64,000 nt of DNA from positions 999-64,998 of the forward strand of contig JAPLFI010000202.1 in assembly GCA_026390755.1 (NCBI GenBank), given 5' to 3'. The notes below the pieces were generated by a model. It was not told the DNA's origin. It ran no database searches and worked only from the letters and a program-made list of their open reading frames with translations. Within the stretch, counting starts at the first letter, position 1, and the number at the start of each line of letters is the position of its first letter. The translations under genes and the position numbers were made by a program. Positions 29,488 to 38,676 of the stretch are shown here, piece by piece. The DNA comes from Ignavibacteriota bacterium (GTDB lineage: Bacteria; Bacteroidota; Ignavibacteria; Tepidaquicellales; Tepidaquicellaceae).

Positions 29488-31416
29488 TTGAAAAGAATTT
29501 ATATATACATATTGTTTTTTTGTTTCACTTCACCGCTGTTCGCTCAACCGGACAACGACTCCTCTCAGTATAAAACCGAAACTATAAACATTTTCGGCAA
29601 CAGAACAGAATCAAACCTTCTTGAATCTCCGGTCTCAGTCACTTTAATTAACCGCAAATCAATCTCGAATATGAACGGGACAAATCTCGCCGATGTTCTC
29701 CAGAATGCCGGAGGTGTTTTTATTAAATCATACGGAGGAAACTCTTCACTTCAAACTATATCCATGAACGGTCTTGGAGCGGAGCATACCTTGATACTGC
29801 TTAACGGTAACCGAATCAATTCTTATCAGAATTCTCAGTTTGATTTATCGATGATAACAAAGGATAATATTGAATCGGTTGAAATTCTTAATAACGGTTA
29901 CAGCGCGGCGTTCGGCAGTGAAGCTTTCAGCGGTGTACTCAATATAGTAACAAAGGGTTTCGGAGCGGCTGATTTAGGCAGTAAATTTTCGGCTGATATT
30001 AAATCGGAATTCGGCTCATATAATTTCCGAAAATACGGAGCATCCGTCAGCAAAGGATTTGGCAGGATGAACTTCAGAGCATTTTACGAACAGGAAAATT
30101 CGGACGACAATTTCGATTATTATTATGATAACGGTGTATATGAACAAAAAAAACAAAGAAGAAACTCGTCTTTTAGCCAGAAGAATTTCAACGTAATTTT
30201 GAATTACTCACCCGATAAACTCCTTAAATATTCTTTCATATCAGCATATACCGATAATTCAAGAAACCTTCCCGGAATCGAAGCTGGGTCAGAACCCTCT
30301 GCGGCTTATCAGCTCGACAGGAACTGGAACAATTTATTCACTATCGAAAAAGAGTTCTCCGGTAAAAGGAAATTAAATACTGCTTTCGGATTTCAGAACA
30401 ATTACATGAAATACAGCTCAGACCCCGGCGGGAATAGTTTCTATAGAAATATCGTCGTCAGCGGGAAAGCAGTATATGATTTCAGGCTCGGAAATAATAA
30501 AACAGCAGTCGGAACAGAAATAAATTACGCTGTTCTCAACAGCAATAACACCGAAGATTTTAACGGAAGATTTCAGACCGCAGTTTACATGTCGTCTGAA
30601 ATTCCCGTTTCAAAACAACTTTTTGTATTTCCGTCGCTCCGTTATGAAAACACTTCCGATGCCGGCAAACAGGCTTTTCTGGGCAGAATCGGGATAAACT
30701 ACAGGATTATACGGGGGAAAAACATATTTTTAAGGTCAACTTTGGGAAACAGTTACAGGGTGCCGTCATTCAATGAATTGTACTGGAAAACAGGCGGTAA
30801 TAAGAATCTGAAACCCGAGCAATCAGTTAACTTCGATGCCGGACTGATATACAATCTGTTTCTCTTCGCAGATTATACACTGGAAGTAAAATACTTAAAC
30901 ATTAACGCCGTAAATAAAATCATCTGGAAACCCGGGTCTTCGTATTACTGGACTCCCGAAAATATCAGCTCTTCAAAGTCGGAGGTATATTCCGTTGATT
31001 TCAAAACAAAAAAGATTTTCAGTGATAAATTATCTTTATCATTGAATTTCAATTATACATATAATAAATCCGTTAAAAAGAGCGAAGATTTCCCCTCGGA
31101 CCCGTCTGCAGGAAAACAACTCATTTACATTCCCCTTGAGATGTCGAAGATCGGCGTCGAAGCAGAAGTATATGGACTGGGAATTAATATATTTTATATT
31201 TACAACGGAAAACGCTATAAAGATTATGAGAATACCGCATATCTTCCCGCGGTTAATTTAGTAAACGGGAATTTAAGTTATGACTTTATTTTTAAAAGTT
31301 TTGGATTCAATGCTAAATTCGAACTTAACAATATTCTCGGTGAAAATTATCAGGTGATTGCCGGATATCCGATGCCGTTAAGAAATTACAAAATAAGTTT
31401 AACTATTAAATATTAA
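29488..31416 (+). CDS. btuB: TonB-dependent outer-membrane receptor, probable cobalamin transporter
   Basis: Signal peptide, plug-domain sequence, and a beta-barrel ending in the aromatic ..LTIKY. B12 riboswitch leader. TTG start preceded by AAGGAG. Confidence 0.85.
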   Translation: MKRIYIYILFFCFTSPLFAQPDNDSSQYKTETINIFGNRTESNLLESPVSVTLINRKSISNMNGTNLADVLQNAGGVFIKSYGGNSSLQTISMNGLGAEHTLILLNGNRINSYQNSQFDLSMITKDNIESVEILNNGYSAAFGSEAFSGVLNIVTKGFGAADLGSKFSADIKSEFGSYNFRKYGASVSKGFGRMNFRAFYEQENSDDNFDYYYDNGVYEQKKQRRNSSFSQKNFNVILNYSPDKLLKYSFISAYTDNSRNLPGIEAGSEPSAAYQLDRNWNNLFTIEKEFSGKRKLNTAFGFQNNYMKYSSDPGGNSFYRNIVVSGKAVYDFRLGNNKTAVGTEINYAVLNSNNTEDFNGRFQTAVYMSSEIPVSKQLFVFPSLRYENTSDAGKQAFLGRIGINYRIIRGKNIFLRSTLGNSYRVPSFNELYWKTGGNKNLKPEQSVNFDAGLIYNLFLFADYTLEVKYLNINAVNKIIWKPGSSYYWTPENISSSKSEVYSVDFKTKKIFSDKLSLSLNFNYTYNKSVKKSEDFPSDPSAGKQLIYIPLEMSKIGVEAEVYGLGINIFYIYNGKRYKDYENTAYLPAVNLVNGNLSYDFIFKSFGFNAKFELNNILGENYQVIAGYPMPLRNYKISLTIKY

Positions 31417-31422
31417 AAAAAT

Positions 31423-32082
31423 ATGGATACAGAAACAAATAATTTACAGAATTCCGGCGGAAATAAGCTTAAAAAGAAAATGCTCGAAACAGTTGAAAAA
31501 TATAAATTACTCACGGATGAAGAAAAAAATTGTCTTCATATATACTACGGATACGGCAAAGGTAAAACCACAAGCACTATCGGTCTGATAATCAGGGCGC
31601 TCGGCGCCGGTAAAAAAGTTGCCCTGGTGCAGTTTGATAAAGGGTATGACGGAGAAAACGAACATTATTCCGAAAGGCTGATTCTGCGGAAACTCGCCGG
31701 TACAGGTTATAATATTGAGATATTCCCGACCGGATGCGAAAGAATGAATTCAGACGGAACTTTCAGGTTTAAAAATATGAAAGAAGATTTTTCCGAAGCG
31801 GAAAGGGGACTTTCGATATCGCGGAGTCTGATTACTGAGGGGACTCAGGATTTACTCGTTCTCGATGAATCTATTGCGGCTGTTGCTTATAATCTTTTGT
31901 CGAAAGCGGCAGTTGAAGAACTGATTGACCTTTACAAGAAAAACAGACGATTTGAACTTGTAATGACCGGTCATAAGCTGTGGAACGGACTTGAGGAAAA
32001 AGCCGACCTTATAACGGAAATGCGTAAAGTAAAACATTATTTCGACAAGGGTATTCCGGCCCGTGCCGGAATTGAATTTTAA
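31423..32082 (+). CDS. cobO: Cob(I)yrinic acid a,c-diamide / cob(I)alamin adenosyltransferase
   Basis: P-loop YGYGKGKTTSTIG, LVQFDKG, LVLDE. The true start may be the internal Met (MLETVEKY). Confidence 0.85.
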   Translation: MDTETNNLQNSGGNKLKKKMLETVEKYKLLTDEEKNCLHIYYGYGKGKTTSTIGLIIRALGAGKKVALVQFDKGYDGENEHYSERLILRKLAGTGYNIEIFPTGCERMNSDGTFRFKNMKEDFSEAERGLSISRSLITEGTQDLLVLDESIAAVAYNLLSKAAVEELIDLYKKNRRFELVMTGHKLWNGLEEKADLITEMRKVKHYFDKGIPARAGIEF

Positions 32083-32097
32083 TATATATACTGCCGA

Positions 32098-33126
32098 ATG
32101 AAAAAGATTATATTCTTATTACTCTCTGCTTTGTTCTTCTGTTCATGCAATACGGGTGAAATTATCACAAATCAAAATCCGGTTGTCGGCACATCGGGTG
32201 TGTATCTTCTGTCCGAAGGCTCCATGGCACCCGGCTCTGCGAAGTTATCTTATTATAATTCAACAAATGATTCACTGTATCAGAATATTTTCAGACCGGG
32301 TAATTTCGGACTATTTCCCGACGGAATGATATTTTACGGCGCGGACATTTATGTAACAGAGCAGGGCAATTATAATTCCACGGGCAGGTTGTATAAACTT
32401 GATACTTCCGGGAATGTACTTAATTCTGTTCTTGTCGGGATCAATCCATATTCTTTATGCGTCTCGAACGGAAAATTGTATATTACAAACGGACCTGCAG
32501 GAAATGTTTCCGTGCTGAATGCGTCAACGCTCGGTTTTATCAAAAATATTTCCGCAGGCGTTTATCCTCAGGAAATTATTGCATTGAACGGACGTGTATT
32601 TGTTTGCAACACAAGTATTTACGGCGGAAATCAGGATTCCACTATTTCTGTTATAGATGCATTAAAAGATTCCGTAATTAAGGTAATTGCATTAGGAAAA
32701 GATCCTTTTTCAATCGCCGTTTCAAAAGATAATAATATTATTGCCGGATGTCTAGGAGCGGACGGAAAACTTTATGAAATTGATCCCGCCGCTTTTGTTA
32801 TTCTCGATACGCTGTCGAATCAATGGGGTTTTGGCAAAGATATCAGCGTTGACATGCAGACCAATGACATATATTTCATTTCAAACTCTAACCACATAGT
32901 AAAATCAAATTTCGCATCAAGAACGTCAGTAATTGCGGTAAACAATTCAGAGCCTGCAGGCAGTTTCTTCTATGGCTATTTATTTGACAGTGTTAACCGG
33001 CGGCACTATATTGCAGATGCGAGGAATTTTTCCGTTTCAGGGCTGTTGAAAATATATGATATTAATTCGGCTTTAATAAATTCTTTTTCAACCGGTATTG
33101 CGCCGCGAAGACTGATGTTAAGATGA
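32098..33126 (+). CDS. Beta-propeller surface lipoprotein (YncE/DUF5074-like) in the B12 locus
   Basis: Lipobox FFCSCN. Repeated roughly 40-aa blades. GVYLLSEGS motif near the N-terminus. Confidence 0.5.
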   Translation: MKKIIFLLLSALFFCSCNTGEIITNQNPVVGTSGVYLLSEGSMAPGSAKLSYYNSTNDSLYQNIFRPGNFGLFPDGMIFYGADIYVTEQGNYNSTGRLYKLDTSGNVLNSVLVGINPYSLCVSNGKLYITNGPAGNVSVLNASTLGFIKNISAGVYPQEIIALNGRVFVCNTSIYGGNQDSTISVIDALKDSVIKVIALGKDPFSIAVSKDNNIIAGCLGADGKLYEIDPAAFVILDTLSNQWGFGKDISVDMQTNDIYFISNSNHIVKSNFASRTSVIAVNNSEPAGSFFYGYLFDSVNRRHYIADARNFSVSGLLKIYDINSALINSFSTGIAPRRLMLR

Positions 33127-33221
33127 GGCTTCCGGAAAATCAATATTGATTCGATTTCGGCAAAAAGTAACGGAAGTATTATAATATTTTTTTAATATTA
33201 CAATATTTATATCTTTACGGT

Positions 33222-34172
33222 ATGAATGACGACAGATTAATAAATAGTGAATACGGCATTATCAGCCGTGAATATCCCGTTAATACAATATTATCAGGCG
33301 CCGAGTCTGACGACTTCAGGATTTATATAAGCAATCTCGCTTTTTCTAAAATGGACGCTTATTTATCTTCGGATGTTGCGCGGGAACTCGGTGGAGTGCT
33401 AACCGGGAATTTATGCCGTAATGATGCCGGTAAGGATTTTATTATGATAGATGATATTATCATCGCAAAGTATGCGGAATCCGACTTAACCAAACTTACA
33501 TTCACACATAAAACATGGGAGTATATTAATAACTCACTTTCTTCCTCCGACTCCGCTAAGTCAATAATCGGATGGTTTCATTCGCATCCCGGACATAAAG
33601 TATTTATGTCCGGTTATGATGTGTTTATACAGGAAAATTTTTTCAACCTGGATCACATGGTGGCTTACGTTTTCGACCCGGTAAATCTCGAGAGGGGATT
33701 CTTTTTCCGGAAAAATAAAGAACTGATTAAAACCGAAGGTTATTATATATATGATAAGGGTTCGGCTGACTCTTACGGCGAAGTATCGGACGGCAGTGTG
33801 AAGGATAAAAGAGGTAATACGAATTCAAAGTTATTATATATTTTGCTTATATTTCTGATTATCAATTTTGCTTTATCCTTTTTTCTCATGTACAGAATCA
33901 GCGAAATGAATTCAAAATATATTGAGATTGCAATGCTTGAAAAGAAAATAAGCGATTTAATAACGGACGTCGGTAATATGAAAATTCAGATTGCAAAAAC
34001 AAACGAGGAAAATCCGAGACTATATACGGTCAGAGAGGGAGAGAATTTAGAAAGCATCGCGCTCAGGTTTTATAATGACAGGACGGGTGTAAATATGCTT
34101 GTTAAACAAAATAAACTCCGTGATGAATTTGATATTGAAGCCGGACGGATTTTAGAAATCCCGGACAGATAA
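33222..34172 (+). CDS. JAMM/MPN+ metallopeptidase - TM helix - coiled coil - LysM protein
   Basis: Glu55 (ARELGG) plus H120-S-H122-x7-S130-x2-D133 (HSHPGHKVFMSGYD) makes a complete JAMM motif. TM helix LLYILLIFLIINFALSFFLMY (about 204-224). C-terminal LysM YTVREGENLESIALRFY...GRILEIP. Confidence 0.8.
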   Translation: MNDDRLINSEYGIISREYPVNTILSGAESDDFRIYISNLAFSKMDAYLSSDVARELGGVLTGNLCRNDAGKDFIMIDDIIIAKYAESDLTKLTFTHKTWEYINNSLSSSDSAKSIIGWFHSHPGHKVFMSGYDVFIQENFFNLDHMVAYVFDPVNLERGFFFRKNKELIKTEGYYIYDKGSADSYGEVSDGSVKDKRGNTNSKLLYILLIFLIINFALSFFLMYRISEMNSKYIEIAMLEKKISDLITDVGNMKIQIAKTNEENPRLYTVREGENLESIALRFYNDRTGVNMLVKQNKLRDEFDIEAGRILEIPDR

Positions 34173-34177
34173 AACTT

Positions 34178-34717
34178 ATGACACCGCGCGAACGAAGACT
34201 GAAATCCGATTTCGAGAAAATTACAGCTGAATTCTCAGATCATCCGTATATTAAAGTTGAATTTGACACGAACGGTTTTATTCCTGAAAAATATCAGATT
34301 ACTTATACAGGTATAAACGGTATCAGATTAATCCCTTCAAAACCCGGAGAAGAGAAAATAGTCGAAATTATAGACGAACATGTTATTGAGATATATCTGC
34401 ACATTGATTATCCGAGAATGAAACCGCAGTGTTACTGTAAAACGGAAATATTTCATCCGAATTTCAGAATGGCGCATCCACATGATATCTGCATAGGGGA
34501 TTACTGGGCATCGGGTGAAACACTTTATGACCTCATATATCAGATTGGCGAAATGATACAATATCAGAATTACAATATTAAAAATCCTCTGAACGGAGTG
34601 GCGGCAAAATGGGCAAGGGAGCATTCCGATACACTGCCTGTGGGAAAAATTAACCTGTGGCTCGGTGAAATAAAACTGGATTTAAGTGAAAAAAATAATT
34701 TAGAATTAAACTTATAA
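34178..34717 (+). CDS. UBC/E2-like (ubiquitin-conjugating enzyme fold) protein
   Basis: IEIYLHIDYPRMKPQCYCKTEIFHPNFRMAHPHDICIGDYW matches the E2 signature (F/Y)P..PP..F.T.I.HPN...G.IC. HPN is at 34454-34462 and Cys105 at 34490-34492. The N-terminal RLKSDFEKI helix is also E2-like. It starts 5 bp after the JAMM gene. Confidence 0.7.
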   Translation: MTPRERRLKSDFEKITAEFSDHPYIKVEFDTNGFIPEKYQITYTGINGIRLIPSKPGEEKIVEIIDEHVIEIYLHIDYPRMKPQCYCKTEIFHPNFRMAHPHDICIGDYWASGETLYDLIYQIGEMIQYQNYNIKNPLNGVAAKWAREHSDTLPVGKINLWLGEIKLDLSEKNNLELNL

Positions 34718-34721
34718 TAAA

Positions 34722-35234
34722 ATGATTATTCCATATAATGGTATTACGCCGGTTATACACGAAAGCGTTTTTATATGCGAAGGAGCGCAGATAATCGGAG
34801 ACGTTGTACTTGAAAAAGACGTCAGCGTATGGTTCAACGCAGTAGTCCGCGGAGACGTCAACTATGTAAGAGTTGGGGAGAGGACCAATATTCAGGACGG
34901 TTCGATACTTCACAATACATATCAGAAATATCCTCTCACAATCGGCAAAGATGTTACAATCGGACACGGAGTCATACTTCACGGCTGTAATGTAAGGGAC
35001 AGGGTGCTTATAGGCATGGGCGCTGTACTTCTCGATGATTGCGATGTCGGCTCCGGTTCGTTTATTGCAGCCGGCGCTCTCGTCAGAGAGCATTTCAAAG
35101 TCCCCGAAGGCGTACTCGTTGCAGGTGTGCCCGGAAAAATTATACGCGATTTGAAACCGGAGGAAATTGCAAAAATTGATTACGGAGTGAAAAACTATCT
35201 GATGTACGTGGAAAACTACAGAAAAGGCAAATAA
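34722..35234 (+). CDS. Gamma-class carbonic anhydrase-like / left-handed beta-helix (hexapeptide) protein
   Basis: 170 aa. PaaY/YrdA-like, with hexapeptide repeats and His ligands (SILHNT.., IGHGVILHG). Confidence 0.85.
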   Translation: MIIPYNGITPVIHESVFICEGAQIIGDVVLEKDVSVWFNAVVRGDVNYVRVGERTNIQDGSILHNTYQKYPLTIGKDVTIGHGVILHGCNVRDRVLIGMGAVLLDDCDVGSGSFIAAGALVREHFKVPEGVLVAGVPGKIIRDLKPEEIAKIDYGVKNYLMYVENYRKGK

Positions 35235-35346
35235 AATACATTTTTTTGGAATAAAATTGCACTCGTTTTTTTGATATTTTGGTATTACATTTACTACTCG
35301 GGGATAAAACTTTAATTAAATTATTCAATAAATTAAAAAAAACAAT

Positions 35347-36399
35347 ATGAAAGCGAAAATTTTTACAGCTCTATTGGTAGTGTTCTCTTTTTACTTCAGC
35401 GCTAATGCTCAGGTAATATTCACGGAAAATTTTGCCTATACGGCCGGTGATTCACTCGGTGCGCATGGATGGACAGGGTTTAGTTCCTTTTTAAATGTAT
35501 TAACGGTTACTTCACCTGGTTTAACATATACCGGTTATCCGTTGTCAGGAATCGGAAATGCGGTTACGGTAAGAACTTCTGGACAGGATGCTTATAAAGA
35601 CTGTTCTGAGATTGACTCAATCGGATCAGTTTATACTGCTTTGATGGTAAGGGTTGATTCCGCGAAAGCCATAGGTGATTATTTCTTAGCGCTTCTGCCT
35701 CAGACATCAACTTCATTCTACTCTCCGAGATTATTTGTGAAAGATACTTTAAGCGGGGTTTGCTTCGGTATTTCAAAATCTTCGATTAACGCCACGATAG
35801 TTCCGACATGGGGAACTACTGTATTCAGTTACGGGACTACTTATTTATTAGTACTGAAGTATAAATTCTTAACCGGTTCAACCACGGATGATCAAGTGAG
35901 TTTATTTGTATTAACGGCGCCTGCGCTTCCTTTAACCGAGCCGGCTACACCTTACGTAGGACCTATCACATCAACACAAACAGATGCCACAAGCATCGGA
36001 CGAATTGCTTTACGTCAGGGTTCTTCATCATTAGCTTCCCTTGCTGTTGTTGACGGAATCAGAATCGCAAAACTCTGGTCAAATATTGTATCAGGTGTAA
36101 GGACCATAAGCACTGTTGCGGATAATTTCAATCTTTCACAGAATTACCCTAATCCGTTCAACCCGTCAACGACAATAAATTTCTCGATTCCGAAAGACGG
36201 ATTTGTTGCATTGAAAGTTTATAATGCGCTCGGACAGGAAGTAAGTTCACTTCTCAGTGAAAACCTTAAATCGGGTGTGTATTCGAAAGTGTTCAGCGCT
36301 GTCGGAATTAATTCCGGCTCGTACTTCTACAGACTTACATTTACAGGAATTGATAACACTGTAATGACAGACACAAAAAAATTCATGATTATAAAATAA
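35347..36399 (+). CDS. Secreted protein with T9SS C-terminal sorting domain
   Basis: Signal peptide. C-terminal LSQNYPNPFNPSTTINFSIP...YFYRL motif. Confidence 0.7.
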   Translation: MKAKIFTALLVVFSFYFSANAQVIFTENFAYTAGDSLGAHGWTGFSSFLNVLTVTSPGLTYTGYPLSGIGNAVTVRTSGQDAYKDCSEIDSIGSVYTALMVRVDSAKAIGDYFLALLPQTSTSFYSPRLFVKDTLSGVCFGISKSSINATIVPTWGTTVFSYGTTYLLVLKYKFLTGSTTDDQVSLFVLTAPALPLTEPATPYVGPITSTQTDATSIGRIALRQGSSSLASLAVVDGIRIAKLWSNIVSGVRTISTVADNFNLSQNYPNPFNPSTTINFSIPKDGFVALKVYNALGQEVSSLLSENLKSGVYSKVFSAVGINSGSYFYRLTFTGIDNTVMTDTKKFMIIK

Positions 36400-36424
36400 T
36401 TCTTAAATTCATATTTGCTTATCA

Positions 36425-36463
36425 AAATTCCGGGTTTTCCAGATAAAATCCGGAATTTTTTTT
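36425..36463 (+). terminator. Rho-independent terminator
   Basis: AAATTCCGG ... TCCGGAATT stem followed by T8. Confidence 0.65.
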
Positions 36464-36495
36464 ATAAAAATTTACTGATATAATTCGGCTCAATT

Positions 36496-37434
36496 ATGAA
36501 AAACCGCGCTGTTGCAAATACCGGGGATTTCTTAAAAGAAATGCTTTCTTCTTTCTGGCATTATTTAAAAAAACTTTATGATAAATTTGATAAAGACCAG
36601 ATATGGATACTTTCTTCCGGTGTATCTTTCAGCATCATTCTTGTAATTATTCCGTTGGTTTTGATTCTCTTTACGGTACTGGGGATTTATCTGGATAAAA
36701 CTGACGCCGTGCTGAAGATAAACGAGTATATCAACCAGCTATTCCCTCTGAACATCAGTTACAAAGAAAAGTTTTTGGCAAATATCATGGAGAAAGTTGA
36801 CGAAATTTCAAAACACACTTTTCTCACAGGCGCTCTGGGGATTGCCGGTGTACTCTGGACTATGAGCAGTTTATTCAGCTATATGCGCGATGCTATGAAC
36901 CGTATTTACAATGTTGACCAATCCCTGAATTTCTTTAAAGGCAAACTCAGGGATTTTATGCTGTTGATTATAATAGTTGTGCTTTTTATTGCATCTACAC
37001 TCGTAACTTCTTTCTATCACTTCAGCGTCGCTTATCTTAAAGACTTGCCTGATATTTTCAATAATATAGTTCTGATTACCTACATTCTTCCGATTTCACT
37101 GTCATTAGTCATTACTTTCGGACTATTTTACTTTCTTTATGCGCTCGTGCCTCATTACAGAATTCCGCAGAAAGCATTGTTACTGTCAACTTTAATCGCA
37201 TCTGTTTTGTTTGAAATAATGAAGTTCTTGTTCTCTTACTACGTACTGAACATATCAAACTATAAATATATATACGGAGCGTACGCGGCTGTTGTAATAA
37301 CTTTGCTCTGGATTTATGTTATTTCGCTGATATTCTGTATCGGAGCAGCCATTGGACAGATATACGTTGAAAAGAACAAGCTCAAAATAATATTAAATAA
37401 CGATAAGAATAATGGAACAGAGAAGACTGTCTAA
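36496..37434 (+). CDS. YihY/BrkB-family membrane protein
   Basis: 312 aa with about 6 TM helices. Family-like N-terminus and layout. Confidence 0.75.
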   Translation: MKNRAVANTGDFLKEMLSSFWHYLKKLYDKFDKDQIWILSSGVSFSIILVIIPLVLILFTVLGIYLDKTDAVLKINEYINQLFPLNISYKEKFLANIMEKVDEISKHTFLTGALGIAGVLWTMSSLFSYMRDAMNRIYNVDQSLNFFKGKLRDFMLLIIIVVLFIASTLVTSFYHFSVAYLKDLPDIFNNIVLITYILPISLSLVITFGLFYFLYALVPHYRIPQKALLLSTLIASVLFEIMKFLFSYYVLNISNYKYIYGAYAAVVITLLWIYVISLIFCIGAAIGQIYVEKNKLKIILNNDKNNGTEKTV

Positions 37435-38659
37435 AACCATAGAGAAATTTCTTACAGATGCCCCCGGTATTGAAACTGTCGAGGAGTTATTGTCTTATGT
37501 TTTGAAGCAGATAATTGATACGGGTGACATCGGAATAACAGGAGGGAGAATATGGAAACTGAAAGATAATAAAACGACATATATACTTATAGAACAGACG
37601 GGTGATGTTTCGATAATTGATGAGAAATATGAACTCAAAGTCAGGGATTTTTCCGTTCTAAAGGAAATCGGCAAACGAAGAACAATTACCAGTACAGAGA
37701 CCGACAGATATCTGAAGAAAAAAGGAATATATCATTACTCGGCGACGGGCGTGGGTCACAGGTATAAAATAAAAAAAGAAAAAGAAATATATTTCCTTTA
37801 CCAGTATCTTATTGCCCTTAACGGCAACGAACTCGATGATGAATTCATTTACACTTTAAATATCATCGGTACAACCATTAATTCGATATTAAGAACGAAA
37901 CGGATTGAGTTCAAAGCCAAAGAAAACATTGCAGAGCTCGAAAAGGCGAGCGAAATACAAAACAGCATTCTCCCCGAGCATTCGATGAAATTCGGCAATT
38001 ATGAGCTTTACGGGATATCAATTCCCGATAAAATTGTAGGCGGAGATTTTTTTGATTATATAAAAACAGCAGATGACTATAAATTATGCGTGGCGATAGG
38101 GGATGCCGCTTCAAAAGGCATATCAGCCGCAGCTCAGTCATTATATGTATCCGGCGCATTGAAAATGGGCGTTGATTATGATGTTAATATGCCGTCTCTT
38201 ATACGCAAAATCGGCAACCTGGTAAACGATACATTTCCCGACGAGCGCTTTGTGACTTTATTCCTCTGCGAATTATATACTGACCAGAAAGGGCTGTTTG
38301 TTTATGTCAATGCAGGACATAATTTGCCATTTTATTTCGACAGAAGTGAAAATACTCTCGAAAGTCTGCTTACTACGGGTTCGGTATTGGGTCCTTCACC
38401 CGACCAAAAATACTATACGGACAGTTTTTACATAGAAGAAGGGGATATTGTTGTGTTATATACGGACGGAATTGTCGAAGCGATGGACGCTGATTTCGAA
38501 TTATACGGGGAAGAAAGGCTTCGTAAAGTGATTATGGATAACAGTGACCAATCTCCGGAAATACTATCACAGAAAATCATTCAGGATGTTCAGGTTTACT
38601 CTGCCAACGGTAAATATTCGGACGACAAAACACTGGTAATAATCAAACGGATTTCTTAG
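37412..38659 (+). CDS. PP2C/SpoIIE-family serine phosphatase with N-terminal sensor-like domain
   Basis: GGDFFDY, GDAASKGISAA, NAGHN, LYTDGIVEA. Overlaps the upstream gene by 23 nt. Confidence 0.8.
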   Translation: MEQRRLSKTIEKFLTDAPGIETVEELLSYVLKQIIDTGDIGITGGRIWKLKDNKTTYILIEQTGDVSIIDEKYELKVRDFSVLKEIGKRRTITSTETDRYLKKKGIYHYSATGVGHRYKIKKEKEIYFLYQYLIALNGNELDDEFIYTLNIIGTTINSILRTKRIEFKAKENIAELEKASEIQNSILPEHSMKFGNYELYGISIPDKIVGGDFFDYIKTADDYKLCVAIGDAASKGISAAAQSLYVSGALKMGVDYDVNMPSLIRKIGNLVNDTFPDERFVTLFLCELYTDQKGLFVYVNAGHNLPFYFDRSENTLESLLTTGSVLGPSPDQKYYTDSFYIEEGDIVVLYTDGIVEAMDADFELYGEERLRKVIMDNSDQSPEILSQKIIQDVQVYSANGKYSDDKTLVIIKRIS

Positions 38660-38676
38660 TTTTATGATATTTTATT

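Noticed and set aside
33138-33151. Perfect 14-bp palindrome AATCAATATTGATT upstream of the JAMM/E2 cassette
   Set aside because: In 64 kb of AT-rich DNA several 14-bp palindromes are expected by chance. Nothing else supports it, so I note it only as a possible operator.
34650-35093. 147-aa minus-strand ORF
   Set aside because: It is antisense to the clear hexapeptide-repeat gamma-CA-like gene and to the end of the E2-like gene.
36130-36200. Similar DNA stretches at about 36140, 55567 and 56729, considered as dispersed repeats or a CRISPR-like signal
   Set aside because: They encode the conserved T9SS C-terminal motif NYPNPFNPS in three different proteins. The similarity is at protein-domain level, with no regular spacing. 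No CRISPR array is present anywhere in the window.
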